Assembly: GCA_050250875.1 (NCBI GenBank)
Contig: JBFWNV010000010.1
Span: forward strand, 22,221-86,220
Reading direction: 5' to 3'
Source: Vicinamibacterales bacterium
Lineage (GTDB): Bacteria > Acidobacteriota > Vicinamibacteria > Vicinamibacterales > UBA2999
DNA: 64,000 bases
The notes under the pieces are model-generated. The model did no database searches and was not told where the DNA came from. It saw nothing but the letters and a program-made list of their open reading frames with translations. Shown here piece by piece: positions 40,691-50,194 of this stretch (the stretch's first letter is position 1; each line of letters opens with the position of its first letter). Position numbers and translations under genes: made by a program.

Positions 40691-40762
40691 GGCTTCTGGA
40701 TTATGGCGGGTGCGTGACCGCCGCTCGAGCCCGGGGCTGGTGCTACCGTGCGGCGGGCGTGC

Positions 40763-41254
40763 TCAGACCGGCGGGACCAGGTCGGTGTCCGCTCCGGCTG
40801 GAAACGGATGGCCGAGCGTCCGCCCCATCGCCAGCATCTGCCCTTTGTGGTGGAACTCGTGCGTCAGCGGGTGCATCAGCAGCCAGCGCCGGGTGACGCG
40901 CATCGACCCGGCCTCCGGGTGGCGGATCGTGAACTCGCGGTCCGGATCGGCGAACGTCGCCAGCGCCTGCGCCACCACCTCGTCCACCTGCCGGTAGTAC
41001 GCGCGCATCGCCGCCACGTCGTGAATCGTAAGGGGATCGCGATCGAGGGCGGCCCAGTCGAGCCCGAGGCCGAAGTGGCCGGTCCACCACAGGTAGCACT
41101 GGCCGGCGTGCGCCTGCACCGTGCGCAGGCTGCCGACGGCGAACTCGGGCCGCTCGGCCGTGTAGATAGCCGGCGGCAGCGACGCGGTCCAGTCGAAGAC
41201 CGTCTCACGGGTGCGCCGCACCCAGCCGTAGAGGACGTGCAGGTCGTCGTTCAT
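40763..41254 (-). CDS. DinB family protein
   Basis: H...HEFHHKGQ metal-binding motif; ATGA overlap with the AraC gene. Confidence 0.85.
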   Translation of the reverse strand: MNDDLHVLYGWVRRTRETVFDWTASLPPAIYTAERPEFAVGSLRTVQAHAGQCYLWWTGHFGLGLDWAALDRDPLTIHDVAAMRAYYRQVDEVVAQALATFADPDREFTIRHPEAGSMRVTRRWLLMHPLTHEFHHKGQMLAMGRTLGHPFPAGADTDLVPPV

Positions 41255-42111
41255 CGCCAGGCCCCGGCACGGGTCGCGGCCCGCCGATAGGCGCCCGGCG
41301 TGACGCCGTAGGCGCGGCGGAAGCGATCGGCGAGGTGGCTCTGGTCGCAGAACCCGGCGCGGGCCGCGACCTCGGCCAGCGGCAGACCGCGATCGATCAG
41401 CCGGCGGGCGCGCACCAGCCGTCGCTGGATCTGCCAGGCGTGCGGGGTCATGCCGAAGGCGCGGGCGAAGCTGCGCACGAGGTGGTGCGGGCCGAGGCCG
41501 GCAACCGCGGCCAGCGCCTCGAGCGACAGATCGGCAGCCGGCGACGCGTCGATGAGGTCGCGGACGCGCCGCAGCCGCGCGTCGGTCGCATCCAGTTCGG
41601 GCGCGCCAGCGACCGACAGGTCGGCATGGCGCATCACCAGGTCGGCGAGCCACGCCCACAGCGCCTGCTCGCGCGCCACCCGGTCGGGCGCCAGGTCCAT
41701 CCGCTCGTGACAGGCGACGAACCGTCGCGCCAGCTCCGGGTCGTCGATCGCCGAGCGCCGGAGCGTGGGCGCTACCGCGCGCCCGGTGAGCGACGCGGCC
41801 ACGCGCGTCAGTACGTCGACGGAGGGATAGGCCATCCGATAGGCCCATCCGGATGGACCCGCACTGGCGCCGTCGTGCACTTCGCCCGGGTTGATCGCGA
41901 TGATCGTGGCGAGCGGCGCGGCGTGCCACTCGCGGCCGTTGCAGGTGAAGCGCTCGGCGCCGTGGACGACCACCCCGAGCGCGTAGCCGTCGTGCCAGTG
42001 GCGGGCATAGCGGTGGGTGGTGAAGCGGGCCGCGAAGCAGTCCACGCCGCCCAGGGCGTCGGCGCGCCAGTAACGGCTGTCTGGCGGCTGCCGGTCGAGT
42101 CCTTCCGCCAA
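41251..42111 (-). CDS. AraC family transcriptional regulator
   Basis: Cupin RHWHD..NPGEVHDG; double HTH ending GFCDQSHL..FRRAYGVTPGAYR; TTG start after GGAGG. Confidence 0.88.
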   Translation of the reverse strand: MAEGLDRQPPDSRYWRADALGGVDCFAARFTTHRYARHWHDGYALGVVVHGAERFTCNGREWHAAPLATIIAINPGEVHDGASAGPSGWAYRMAYPSVDVLTRVAASLTGRAVAPTLRRSAIDDPELARRFVACHERMDLAPDRVAREQALWAWLADLVMRHADLSVAGAPELDATDARLRRVRDLIDASPAADLSLEALAAVAGLGPHHLVRSFARAFGMTPHAWQIQRRLVRARRLIDRGLPLAEVAARAGFCDQSHLADRFRRAYGVTPGAYRRAATRAGAWR

Positions 42112-42160
42112 GTCAATTTCCTCCGAGACGGGCCGGGCACGACTGCGCGATCCTGCCTCC

Positions 42161-43414
42161 GTGACGCCGACACCCACGAATACCACGGACCACGCCGCCA
42201 CGCTCGCCCGCCTCGACGCCTGTGTCCGCGGACTCAGGTCCGAGATCGTCGCCTTCACCGAAGCGCTGGTCAACGTCGCGTCCGAGAATCCGCCGGGCGT
42301 CGCCTACGGCGAGTGCGTGCGCCTCATCGAGACGCACCTGCGCGGCCTCGGGCTGCCGGTCGAGCGCGTGCCGTTCCGCCCTCGGCGGGGCCGCGGCGAC
42401 GGCTCCGAGGCCGCGGTCGTCGTGAGCGGCGTCGGCACGGGCCGCCGCACGCTGTACTTCTCGGGGCACTACGACGTCGTGCCGGTCTCGCGGCCAGGCC
42501 AGTGCCGGGCGGAGCGGCGCGGCCCGGCGCTGTTCGGGCGCGGCACGGCCGACATGAAAGGCGGGCTGGCCGCCATGACCTATGCCGCCGTGGCCTTGCG
42601 GCGCGTCGGCGTCGCGCTCGACGGCCGGGTCGCGCTGGTCTTCGTCCCCGACGAAGAGACGGGCGGCGCCCGCGGCTCGGGCTTCCTCGCGGCAACCGGA
42701 CGGCTCGGCCGCAACGGCATCGGCATGCTGACGCCGGAGCCGACCAGCGGCGTGGTGTGGAACGCCAATCGCGGCGCCATCACCGTGCGCGTCACGGTGC
42801 GCGGCCGCCAGGCGCACGTCGGGCTGATGCACCAGGGCCGCAACGCCTTCGAGGACGCGATCGAGGTCGTCGCGGCGCTGCAGGCGCTGCGCCGGCGCGT
42901 CGGCCGGCGCCAGACGCGCTACCGGCTCGTGCCCGCGGCGGCGCGCCGCTCGCTGATGCTGATCGGCGGACGGGTCGAGGCCGGCAGCAACTTCAACGTC
43001 GTGCCCGACGTGTGCACCTTCACGGTCGATCGGCGCATGAACCCGGAGGAGGACTTCTCCGCCGAACGCGAGGCGCTGTTCGACGTGTTCGCCCGGGCAC
43101 GGCGGCGAGGCCTCGCGCTCGACGTGGAGGTGCTGCAGGAGGGCCAGCCGTCGGGCAGCGACGAGAGTGCGCCGCTCGGTCGGTCCCTGCGCGATCAGGT
43201 GCGAGCCGTGACCGGCCGGGCGCCGAGATTCGAGATGTGCCCGGGCCTGCTGGAAATCCGCTTCTACGCCGCGCAGGGCATGCCCGCGTACGCCTATGGG
43301 CCCGGGCCTCTGGCCGTGTCGCACGGCCCGCGCGAGTTCGTGCGCATCGATCGCCTGGTCGAATGCGCAGCGGTCTACGCGCGGACGGCGGCGGCACTGC
43401 TGATCCGCAGCTGA
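42161..43414 (+). CDS. M20 family ArgE/DapE-like deacylase
   Basis: GHYDVVP, GRGTADMKGG, PDEETGG, NVVP, YGPG...HGPRE. Confidence 0.9.
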   Translation: MTPTPTNTTDHAATLARLDACVRGLRSEIVAFTEALVNVASENPPGVAYGECVRLIETHLRGLGLPVERVPFRPRRGRGDGSEAAVVVSGVGTGRRTLYFSGHYDVVPVSRPGQCRAERRGPALFGRGTADMKGGLAAMTYAAVALRRVGVALDGRVALVFVPDEETGGARGSGFLAATGRLGRNGIGMLTPEPTSGVVWNANRGAITVRVTVRGRQAHVGLMHQGRNAFEDAIEVVAALQALRRRVGRRQTRYRLVPAAARRSLMLIGGRVEAGSNFNVVPDVCTFTVDRRMNPEEDFSAEREALFDVFARARRRGLALDVEVLQEGQPSGSDESAPLGRSLRDQVRAVTGRAPRFEMCPGLLEIRFYAAQGMPAYAYGPGPLAVSHGPREFVRIDRLVECAAVYARTAAALLIRS

Positions 43415-43442
43415 CGGAAGCCCGGCGCCGTTCGGCGGCGAC

Positions 43443-43829
43443 TCACAGCGCCTGGCCGAACCCGAGGACGTGGCCGTCGCAGTCGCGTACCGCGAACTCG
43501 AGCATGTGATACGCCTCCTGGCGCACCGGGCCGTAGACGATCGTGGCGCCGGCGCGTCCCAGCTCCTCGCACAGGGCCGCGGCATCGCTCACCCAGAAGA
43601 AGGCGTCCCAGGTGCCGCCCTGCGATTCCATCGGCCGGACGGCCGCGGCGTCCGCCACCCGCCGCAGCATCACGGCGAGGCCGTCGCGGGCGCAGATCGC
43701 GAACTGGGCCGGCACGCCGGCGAGGTACTCGGTGCGGAACCCGAGCACGCGGGCGTAGTAAGCGGCCGACACGTCCACGTCGGCCACCGGGAAGTAGGGG
43801 GCGCTTCGCAACAGTGTGGCCGTGCCCAT
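43443..43829 (-). CDS. VOC/glyoxalase family protein
   Basis: VADVDVSAAYY..LGF; EFAVRDCDGHVLGFG. Confidence 0.8.
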   Translation of the reverse strand: MGTATLLRSAPYFPVADVDVSAAYYARVLGFRTEYLAGVPAQFAICARDGLAVMLRRVADAAAVRPMESQGGTWDAFFWVSDAAALCEELGRAGATIVYGPVRQEAYHMLEFAVRDCDGHVLGFGQAL

Positions 43830-43869
43830 CGCGATCCTCCCTCGAGTCGGCGTCCTGCGCCGGCTCGCG

Positions 43870-44925
43870 TCAGTCTCCGGCCGGCTTCCGGTCGAGCGGC
43901 TTCAGGGTGACCGTGAAGCTGAACGGCACCCTGGCGGGGTTGAAGCACACCTTGTCGTCGCAGGCCTGGTACTCGAGGGCGCCGCTGATCGTCGCCGTCG
44001 GCATCGCGCCGAGCACCTTCTGCATCTCCGGCGTGGCCAGCAACGTGAAGTCGCGCTGCAGCCGGAACGGCCTGGTGTAGACCTCGACCCGTTCGTCGAG
44101 CGGCTCGAAGTGGTAGATCTCCGACGCCGGGTAGACGGTGTCGTGGGCGCGCAGCCACGGCTGGGGATCGAGCCGCAGCGTGACCACCTGATAGTCGTGC
44201 GTCCCCGGCGCATACAGGTGCATCGTCGGCCGCGGCGTGACGTCGGCGACGATGCTCAGCCGATGGCCGGGGGCCGCCACCGCGTCGCTGATGCGCGCCG
44301 ACATCGTGAGGTGGTCGGTCCGCGAGGTGGCCGGCGCACCGGCGGGCGCGGCGCCGATCGTCGCCAGAATCGTCGCCGCGGTGTAGCGCTCCTGGTAGGC
44401 GTCCTCGAAGAAGCGGGCCACCACCGTGCCCTTCGGGTCGAGGATGAACGTGCCGGGATGCGGGATGCCGTAGGCGCGGGTCTGTGGATCGACGGTTGTG
44501 TTGAACAGCCCATAGCGCTTGATCGCCGCCGAGCCGGGGTCGGAGAGCAGCGGAAACGTGATGCCCCGCGAGTCGGCGAACTTCTTCAGCGTCTCGGGCG
44601 GATCGTAGGTGATGGCGACGAGGCCGAGGCCCTGCGCCTTGATGGTGTCGTAGCGGCTTTGCAGCTCCACGAGCTGCGTCTTGCAGTACGGTCACCAGTC
44701 GGCCGAACGGCTGAACACGAGCATCAGCCCCTTCGGCCCCGACAACGTCGCCAGCGACTGGGCCGTGCCGAACTGATCGGTGCCCGACAGCGGCGGCACC
44801 ACCGTGCCCACCTGCGGCCCGATCGCCGCGGTATCGACCGCGGGTGCGGGCGATTGGGCGCGGCCGACAGCCGGGGCGGCACTCAGCAGGGCGACCATCG
44901 CACCCGCCGGCAAGAGTCGCTTCAC
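43870..44925 (-). CDS. Exported AhpC/TSA-like selenoprotein (UPYC) fused to a DsbD-N-like domain
   Basis: ORFs 44692..45006 and 43870..44670 share one frame, separated by a single TGA (44692-44694): FSRSADW-U-PYCKTQLVELQ. SECIS-like hairpin follows; C-terminal YQACDDKVC; signal peptide. GTG start inferred. Confidence 0.85.
44661..44677 (-). promoter_or_regulatory. Bacterial SECIS-like hairpin
   Basis: mRNA GCAGCUC-GUG-GAGCUGC: perfect 7-bp stem with a G-containing loop, starting 14 nt after the UGA. Confidence 0.7.
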
Positions 44926-45048
44926 GATCACCAGGACCACCTTTCGCACGGACGAGCCGGGACCCGAGGTCCGCGTCGCGCCGTTGCGCACTTGGATGAT
45001 ATCCACGGCGCGCCGGATACACCGCCACCTCGGACGGCCGCCGCCCGC

Positions 45049-46392
45049 CTACATCGCATGGCGGATCGGCCGCAGCGAGAGGAACAGCGCGACGCCCGGC
45101 CGCACGCGGCCGCCGTAGCGCGGCGCCAGCTCGGCCGGCACCAGGCTGAGGGCCACCGACCCGCCGATGCCGGGCACCAGCCCCTGGCGCGCCGGGAACT
45201 GCCGGACGTAGCCGGCCTGCACCTTGCCGAGCGGCAGGACCAGCCGGGCGTACTCGTGCGCGTGCAGGTGGTGCGCGGGCATCGCCGCCAGCTCGGTGCG
45301 GCCGAACAGCGTATGCCGGCCGCTCGCCAGGGTCAGGCTGCTCTCGATCAACGCGGCGCTCGACACGGCGTCGAGCACGCCGCTGGAGAGCTGCTCGCGG
45401 GCGCGGTTCACCCCCAACGCGATCGTCGTCGCCCACAGGCCGCGGTCGCCGTGCGGCCGATGGTAGATGGCCGAGGCGGTGAGGTGGGTCCCGGCGGGCT
45501 CCGCGGGCTGGACGAACGCCGACCGGGCCACGCGCATCCGCGCCGCCGACACCTGCACGGCCAGGCGGTCGGTGGGCAGGAAGGACACGCGGGTCGAAAC
45601 GGCGTCGAGGCTGCCCAGATCCAGATCGGCCCGCCGCTCGTCGGGCGATCGGCTGTTGAAGATCGAGGCCTCGGTCTTCCAGCGGCGCGTGTGCGCGCCG
45701 AGCGTGACGACCCCGAACGCCACGTGGGTCGCGTCGAGCCAGTGGTGCGACACCGGCGCCACCGGGTTGGCCACGGCCGACGGCCGGTGCGCGTAGCTGG
45801 TCGGCCCGAATGCCGGTTCGCCGGCGAGTGCGGCGTAGATCTGCCAGCGCCACGGGCCGCCGAGCGGCGCGTCGTAGTCGGCGGCCAACTCCATCACCAG
45901 ATCGTGCGGCTGCTGGCGATCGTGAATGGTGTCGTTCTCGCAGACCTCGCCGGTCGCGAAGTAGTTCAGCGAGCCGCAGTCGGTGACGGTCCACGGCTCG
46001 GCACTCAGCATCGTGCGGACGCCGATCCGGCCGGTGCCGACGTTGCGCCGCGCCATCGCCATCCCCCAGTTGACGCTGCCGGCCTGACGCGCCGCCACGC
46101 CGCCGGTTCGATGCCGGTCGCCGGGCTCGTAGAGGAACTGCACGAACACCGCGGCGTCGAGCCGGACGTCCCAGCCCCGCCAGTCGCGATGGACGCCGTA
46201 CATCGGCGTCGTTTGCGGCATCCAGGCGGTGCCGGAGAAGTCCGTCGGCGGCGTGAGGAGCGTTCCGGCCACCTCGACGTGCTCGTGGACCTCGGCCGGA
46301 GGCGCCGGCGGCTGCGGCTCCTGTGCCGCCGCGGCGGAACCGCCGCAGGCGAGCAGCGTCATCCCGAGCACGGCCAGCCGCCGCCCCGGCAT
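45049..46392 (-). CDS. His-rich envelope (probable outer-membrane) protein of the copper cluster
   Basis: Signal peptide with LLAC; SGTAWMP, HDRQQPHD, SHHWLDATH, HHLHAHE; alternating beta-strand pattern; start overlaps the TBDR stop. Confidence 0.7.
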   Translation of the reverse strand: MPGRRLAVLGMTLLACGGSAAAAQEPQPPAPPAEVHEHVEVAGTLLTPPTDFSGTAWMPQTTPMYGVHRDWRGWDVRLDAAVFVQFLYEPGDRHRTGGVAARQAGSVNWGMAMARRNVGTGRIGVRTMLSAEPWTVTDCGSLNYFATGEVCENDTIHDRQQPHDLVMELAADYDAPLGGPWRWQIYAALAGEPAFGPTSYAHRPSAVANPVAPVSHHWLDATHVAFGVVTLGAHTRRWKTEASIFNSRSPDERRADLDLGSLDAVSTRVSFLPTDRLAVQVSAARMRVARSAFVQPAEPAGTHLTASAIYHRPHGDRGLWATTIALGVNRAREQLSSGVLDAVSSAALIESSLTLASGRHTLFGRTELAAMPAHHLHAHEYARLVLPLGKVQAGYVRQFPARQGLVPGIGGSVALSLVPAELAPRYGGRVRPGVALFLSLRPIRHAM

Positions 46393-48552
46393 CAGAAATC
46401 CAGGCGCACGCCGCCGTTGATGGCCCGGCCATCGAGCGGCGCCCACGCGTCCACCGTGAGGCGGCCGTCCGGACCCGGGTGCGGTCGGAGCAGGCGGTCC
46501 CAGCGGGTCTGTCGTACGTCCGTGACGTTCTCGGCGTTGATGAACACGCGGACCCGTCCGACGCGGCGCTCGGCCAGCATACCGGCGATCACGTAGGGAC
46601 GCGACTGGTCTCGATACGGATTGACCTCGAGGCGCTGGCGACCCGTGTAGTACAGCTCGAGGCCGATCCGTCCGGCGTCCTCGGCTTCCCACATCCCGAC
46701 CAGCCCCGCGCCGTGCCGCGGCGTGAGTTCGGCGTCCTGCCGGCGGGCGCGCTTCGCCCTCGCGCGACCGCACGTAGGTGTAGCTGGTGGTGGCCACGTA
46801 GGGCCCGCGACGCCACGTGCCGAGCAGCTCGAGTCCGGCGTTGGTCGCGGCGGCGGACTCGTTGAACAGGACGAACGCGTCGGCGCGCTCGACCCGCAGC
46901 GGATCGACGATGCGCGACCCGAAGACGGTCGCGGTGGCCGTGCCCCACGGGAAGGTGCGGGTGAGATCGATCGACGCGCTGGTGCCGCGTTCCGCCTTCA
47001 GCGGACCACGGATGGTCAACCGCGACAGGCCGGCGGCCTCGGTCTCCTCGGTGAGCGGCGTCGCCGCGAAGAACCCCTGCCCCACCGACGCCCGGCTGGT
47101 CCACGCCCCCGAGCGCAGCAGCGCCGACACCCGCGGGCTGAAGAACGTGCCGTACTCGCTGTGATGGTCGACGCGGCCCCCGCCCGACACCGCCAGCCAC
47201 GGCGCCGCCTGGATGTCGGCCTGGGCGAACGCCCCGGGCACGTCGTAGGTGTAGGCGAACTGTCGGACATCACGCGGCCGGTAGGCATCGCGCTCGTAGG
47301 CGACGCCGGCCACCCAGGTGGTCGGGCCGGCCGCGCCACGCAGGGCCACCTCGGAGAAGACATTGCCGTAGCGATCGCGCTCGCGCGCCGCCCCGAACGT
47401 GTGATCGTGCCGCTGCCAGGTGGCGGAGCCCCGCGCCGTGAGCACGAAGCGGCCGCCGACGAGCGTCTGGACATGCCCCCCGACGTCGTAACGGCGCGTG
47501 TCGAGCGCCTCGCGGTAGGCCGCGCCGGTGGCCGGCAGCACGGCATCGTCCATCGTGCCGCCCTCGCGGTCCTCCCAGGTCAGCCCGGCGGTGAGGAAGG
47601 CCGATCGACCGCCGCCGCCATCCCAGAAGGCACGCGGCCGGACGACGGCGCGCCGATAGCCGGCCAGATCGGCCCACCCGTCGTCGTCGCGGTCGTTCTT
47701 CATCTGGCCATGGCCGCCGGCGAGCAGCGATCCGCTCCATCCCTCGCGCGCGCCCGACGACAGAAACATCACCGCATCGGTGGCGCCCAGCGTCGAGGCA
47801 TTGAGCAGGACGTCGTAGGCGGGCTCGCCGCCCGGACGCCGCGACAGCAGGTTGACCACGCCGCCCATCGCGCCGGCCCCGTAGAACGCCGACGCGACGC
47901 CCTTGATCACTTCGACCTGGCCGAGATCCATCGGCGGGATCTGCAGCAGGCCGAGCCCGCCCACCTGCTGGCCGAAGAGCGGCAGCCCGTCGCTGAGAAA
48001 GCGGGTGTAGCGGCCCTTCATGCCCTGCACGCGCACGCTGGCGGCGCCGATCGAGGGCGACGTCGCCTGCACGCGCAGCCCACCCATCTCGTTGAGCATC
48101 ATCACGATGTCGCCCGGCGTCATCAGCAGCTTCTCTTCGATCTCCTCGCGGCCGATGACCTCGACACGGGTCGGCTGATCCTCCAGGCGGCGGCCGGTGC
48201 GGGTGCTGGCGACGACGACGACCTCCTCTTCGATCTCCGGCTGTTCGGAGAGCTCGACCTCGAGGGTCGCGGTCTGGCCGGCGGCGACCTGGGCCTCGGC
48301 TCGAGCGGCGACGAAGCCGTCCTTGGTCACCACCACACGCACGGCGCCGGCCGGCACGTCGAGCACCGCCGCGCCGTCGTCACCCGTCTCGGCCGTTCGC
48401 TCGGCCACCGTCACTGAGGCATCGGCAACCGGCTCGCGCTCGCTCCGCACGACGACGCGGAGTCGGCCGCGCGGCTCCTGGGCGAGGGCGTCAGCCGGAG
48501 ACACGAGCAGCCAGATGGCCAACAGCCGGCCGACCGCCGCGACCGACGTCAT
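46392..48552 (-). pseudogene. TonB-dependent receptor with a single frameshift near 46745 (real or assembly error)
   Basis: Plug motifs (VEVIKG.ASAFYGAGAMGGVVN) lie in one frame; the C-terminus (ELTPRH...FINAENVTD...GGVRLDF*) lies in another. Span 2161 bp = 3n+1. Confidence 0.8.
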
Positions 48553-49313
48553 CGACGCGATGCCCGGGAGACCGATCCCTCGTGCGAGCTCGAAGCGCGC
48601 CGGAGCAGCACGACGCCGGCGCACACGGCCATGAACGCCAGCACGTGCGCCACCGCGAACGGACCGACGAGCGGCTGGCGCCAGCGCAGGAACTCGATGC
48701 CGAAGCGCACCAGTCCCGTCGAGACGAGATAGGCGCCGAGCACGAACGCGTCCGGCCGGCCCTGCCCTCGCCAGCGCTGCAACAGCCAGGCGATCGGCAG
48801 CAGCGCCACCGTTTCGTAGAGCTGCGTCGGATGGACGGGCACCGTCGTCGGCGGCAGTCCTTCGGGGAACGCGACCGCCCACGGCAGGTCGCTCGGGATG
48901 CCGTAGTCGTCGCCGACGAGGAAACAGCCGATGCGGCCGATCGCGTGTCCCAGGGCGAGGGCCGGCGTGGCCGCGGCGACGACGGCCACGATCGACAGCC
49001 GATGCCGGCGCAGCATCACGATGCCGGCGAGCAGGCCGCCGGCGAGGCCGCCGAACCAGCTCAAACCGCCGCGCGACAGCAGCAGTTCGAGGAAGGGGCC
49101 CTCGCGCCCCGCGTGCTCGAGGGCCCACACCAGCTTCGCCCCGGCCAGGCCGCCGACCACACCGGCCATGGCGGCATCGAGCGCGCCCTCGGGAAGTCCG
49201 GACCGCCGGCGTTCGCGGTCGAAGACGTAGATGCCGACGGCGGCGGCGATGGCGACGAGGACGCCGAAGCTGGTGACCTCGTACTCGCCGATCCGGAACA
49301 GGACGGGAATCAC
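48549..49313 (-). CDS. lgt: Prolipoprotein diacylglyceryl transferase family protein
   Basis: GGLSWFGG, IGRIGCFLVGDDYG, VHPTQLYE, RFGIEFLR; 4-bp overlaps on both sides. Confidence 0.8.
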   Translation of the reverse strand: MIPVLFRIGEYEVTSFGVLVAIAAAVGIYVFDRERRRSGLPEGALDAAMAGVVGGLAGAKLVWALEHAGREGPFLELLLSRGGLSWFGGLAGGLLAGIVMLRRHRLSIVAVVAAATPALALGHAIGRIGCFLVGDDYGIPSDLPWAVAFPEGLPPTTVPVHPTQLYETVALLPIAWLLQRWRGQGRPDAFVLGAYLVSTGLVRFGIEFLRWRQPLVGPFAVAHVLAFMAVCAGVVLLRRASSSHEGSVSRASRR

Positions 49314-50194
49314 ATCCAGAACCTTACGCCAAGTGTCAGCCGTGTGCTGCTCGTGCGCTCGCCGGCGGCTTCGGCGCGGTCGGCGGTGCCGAAGAAGCGG
49401 CGGTTCCAGACCACCCCGACGTAGGGCGCGAACTCCCGCTTGAACTCATAGCGCAGGCGGACGCCGAGGTCGGCAGTGGACAGCCCGGTGCCGATGTGGC
49501 GTTCGGGGTCGGAGCGGCCGTAGATCTCGAACTCGACCAGCGGCTGCAGCACGAGGCGGTTGGCCAGCAGCAGGTCGTACTCGGTCTCGACCCGAATGTG
49601 GGAGCGGCCCGAGACGTCGAGGTAGGCCGAGGCTTCGACCTCGAACCAGTACGGGGCCAGGCCCTGCACGCCCACCGCCAGCGCTGTACGCGGGGTGCCG
49701 GGCAACGTGTCGAGACGGATGCCGGCCGTCGCGTCCCACCAGCGCGAGATGGCCCGGCCGTAGAGCAGATGGGTCTGCGCCTGCTCGGTGCGGCCGCCGG
49801 CGCGGTCGCCCTCGGTGCGGAACCAGAACCGGTGGCGGTCCTGGCCGATCCACCCCTTGGTGTCCCAGCTGAAGGCGTCGTCGCCGCGGCCCGCCTGCCA
49901 TTCGAACTGGTCGAACAGCACGAAGTAGTTGATGGCCGTGTCGTGCACGGCATGGCCCTGCACGTCGGGGAACGCGGCCTGCCGGTCGGCGTCGGTGACC
50001 GGCGGAATGAACTCCGGCAACGACACCGGCGCCGGCGGCTGGTGCGCCGAGTGGTCTTCGGCGGGCGGCGGAGGCGGCGGCGTCTGCCCGTGCTGGTGCG
50101 GCGGTTCCGGGCTCGGTGTGGGCGTCTGCGCCTGCGCGGCGAACGGATCCGCCAGCATCAGCAGCGCCACGAGACCGGCAGCGGCTGGCGTCAT
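49310..50194 (-). CDS. copB: Copper resistance protein B
   Basis: LFDQFEW, GVQGLAPYWFEVEA, LRYEFKREFAPYVGV, GVRFW; His/Pro-rich N-terminus. Confidence 0.92.
   Translation of the reverse strand: MTPAAAGLVALLMLADPFAAQAQTPTPSPEPPHQHGQTPPPPPPAEDHSAHQPPAPVSLPEFIPPVTDADRQAAFPDVQGHAVHDTAINYFVLFDQFEWQAGRGDDAFSWDTKGWIGQDRHRFWFRTEGDRAGGRTEQAQTHLLYGRAISRWWDATAGIRLDTLPGTPRTALAVGVQGLAPYWFEVEASAYLDVSGRSHIRVETEYDLLLANRLVLQPLVEFEIYGRSDPERHIGTGLSTADLGVRLRYEFKREFAPYVGVVWNRRFFGTADRAEAAGERTSSTRLTLGVRFWM

Noticed and set aside
43870-45006. Two separate genes or a nonsense pseudogene
   Set aside because: The TGA sits exactly at a CxxC position with a SECIS-like hairpin, so Sec read-through is more parsimonious.
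45049-49128. 1359-aa ORF as a single giant protein
   Set aside because: Composite of an upstream non-coding extension, the frameshifted TBDR and the downstream gene, which has its own signal peptide.
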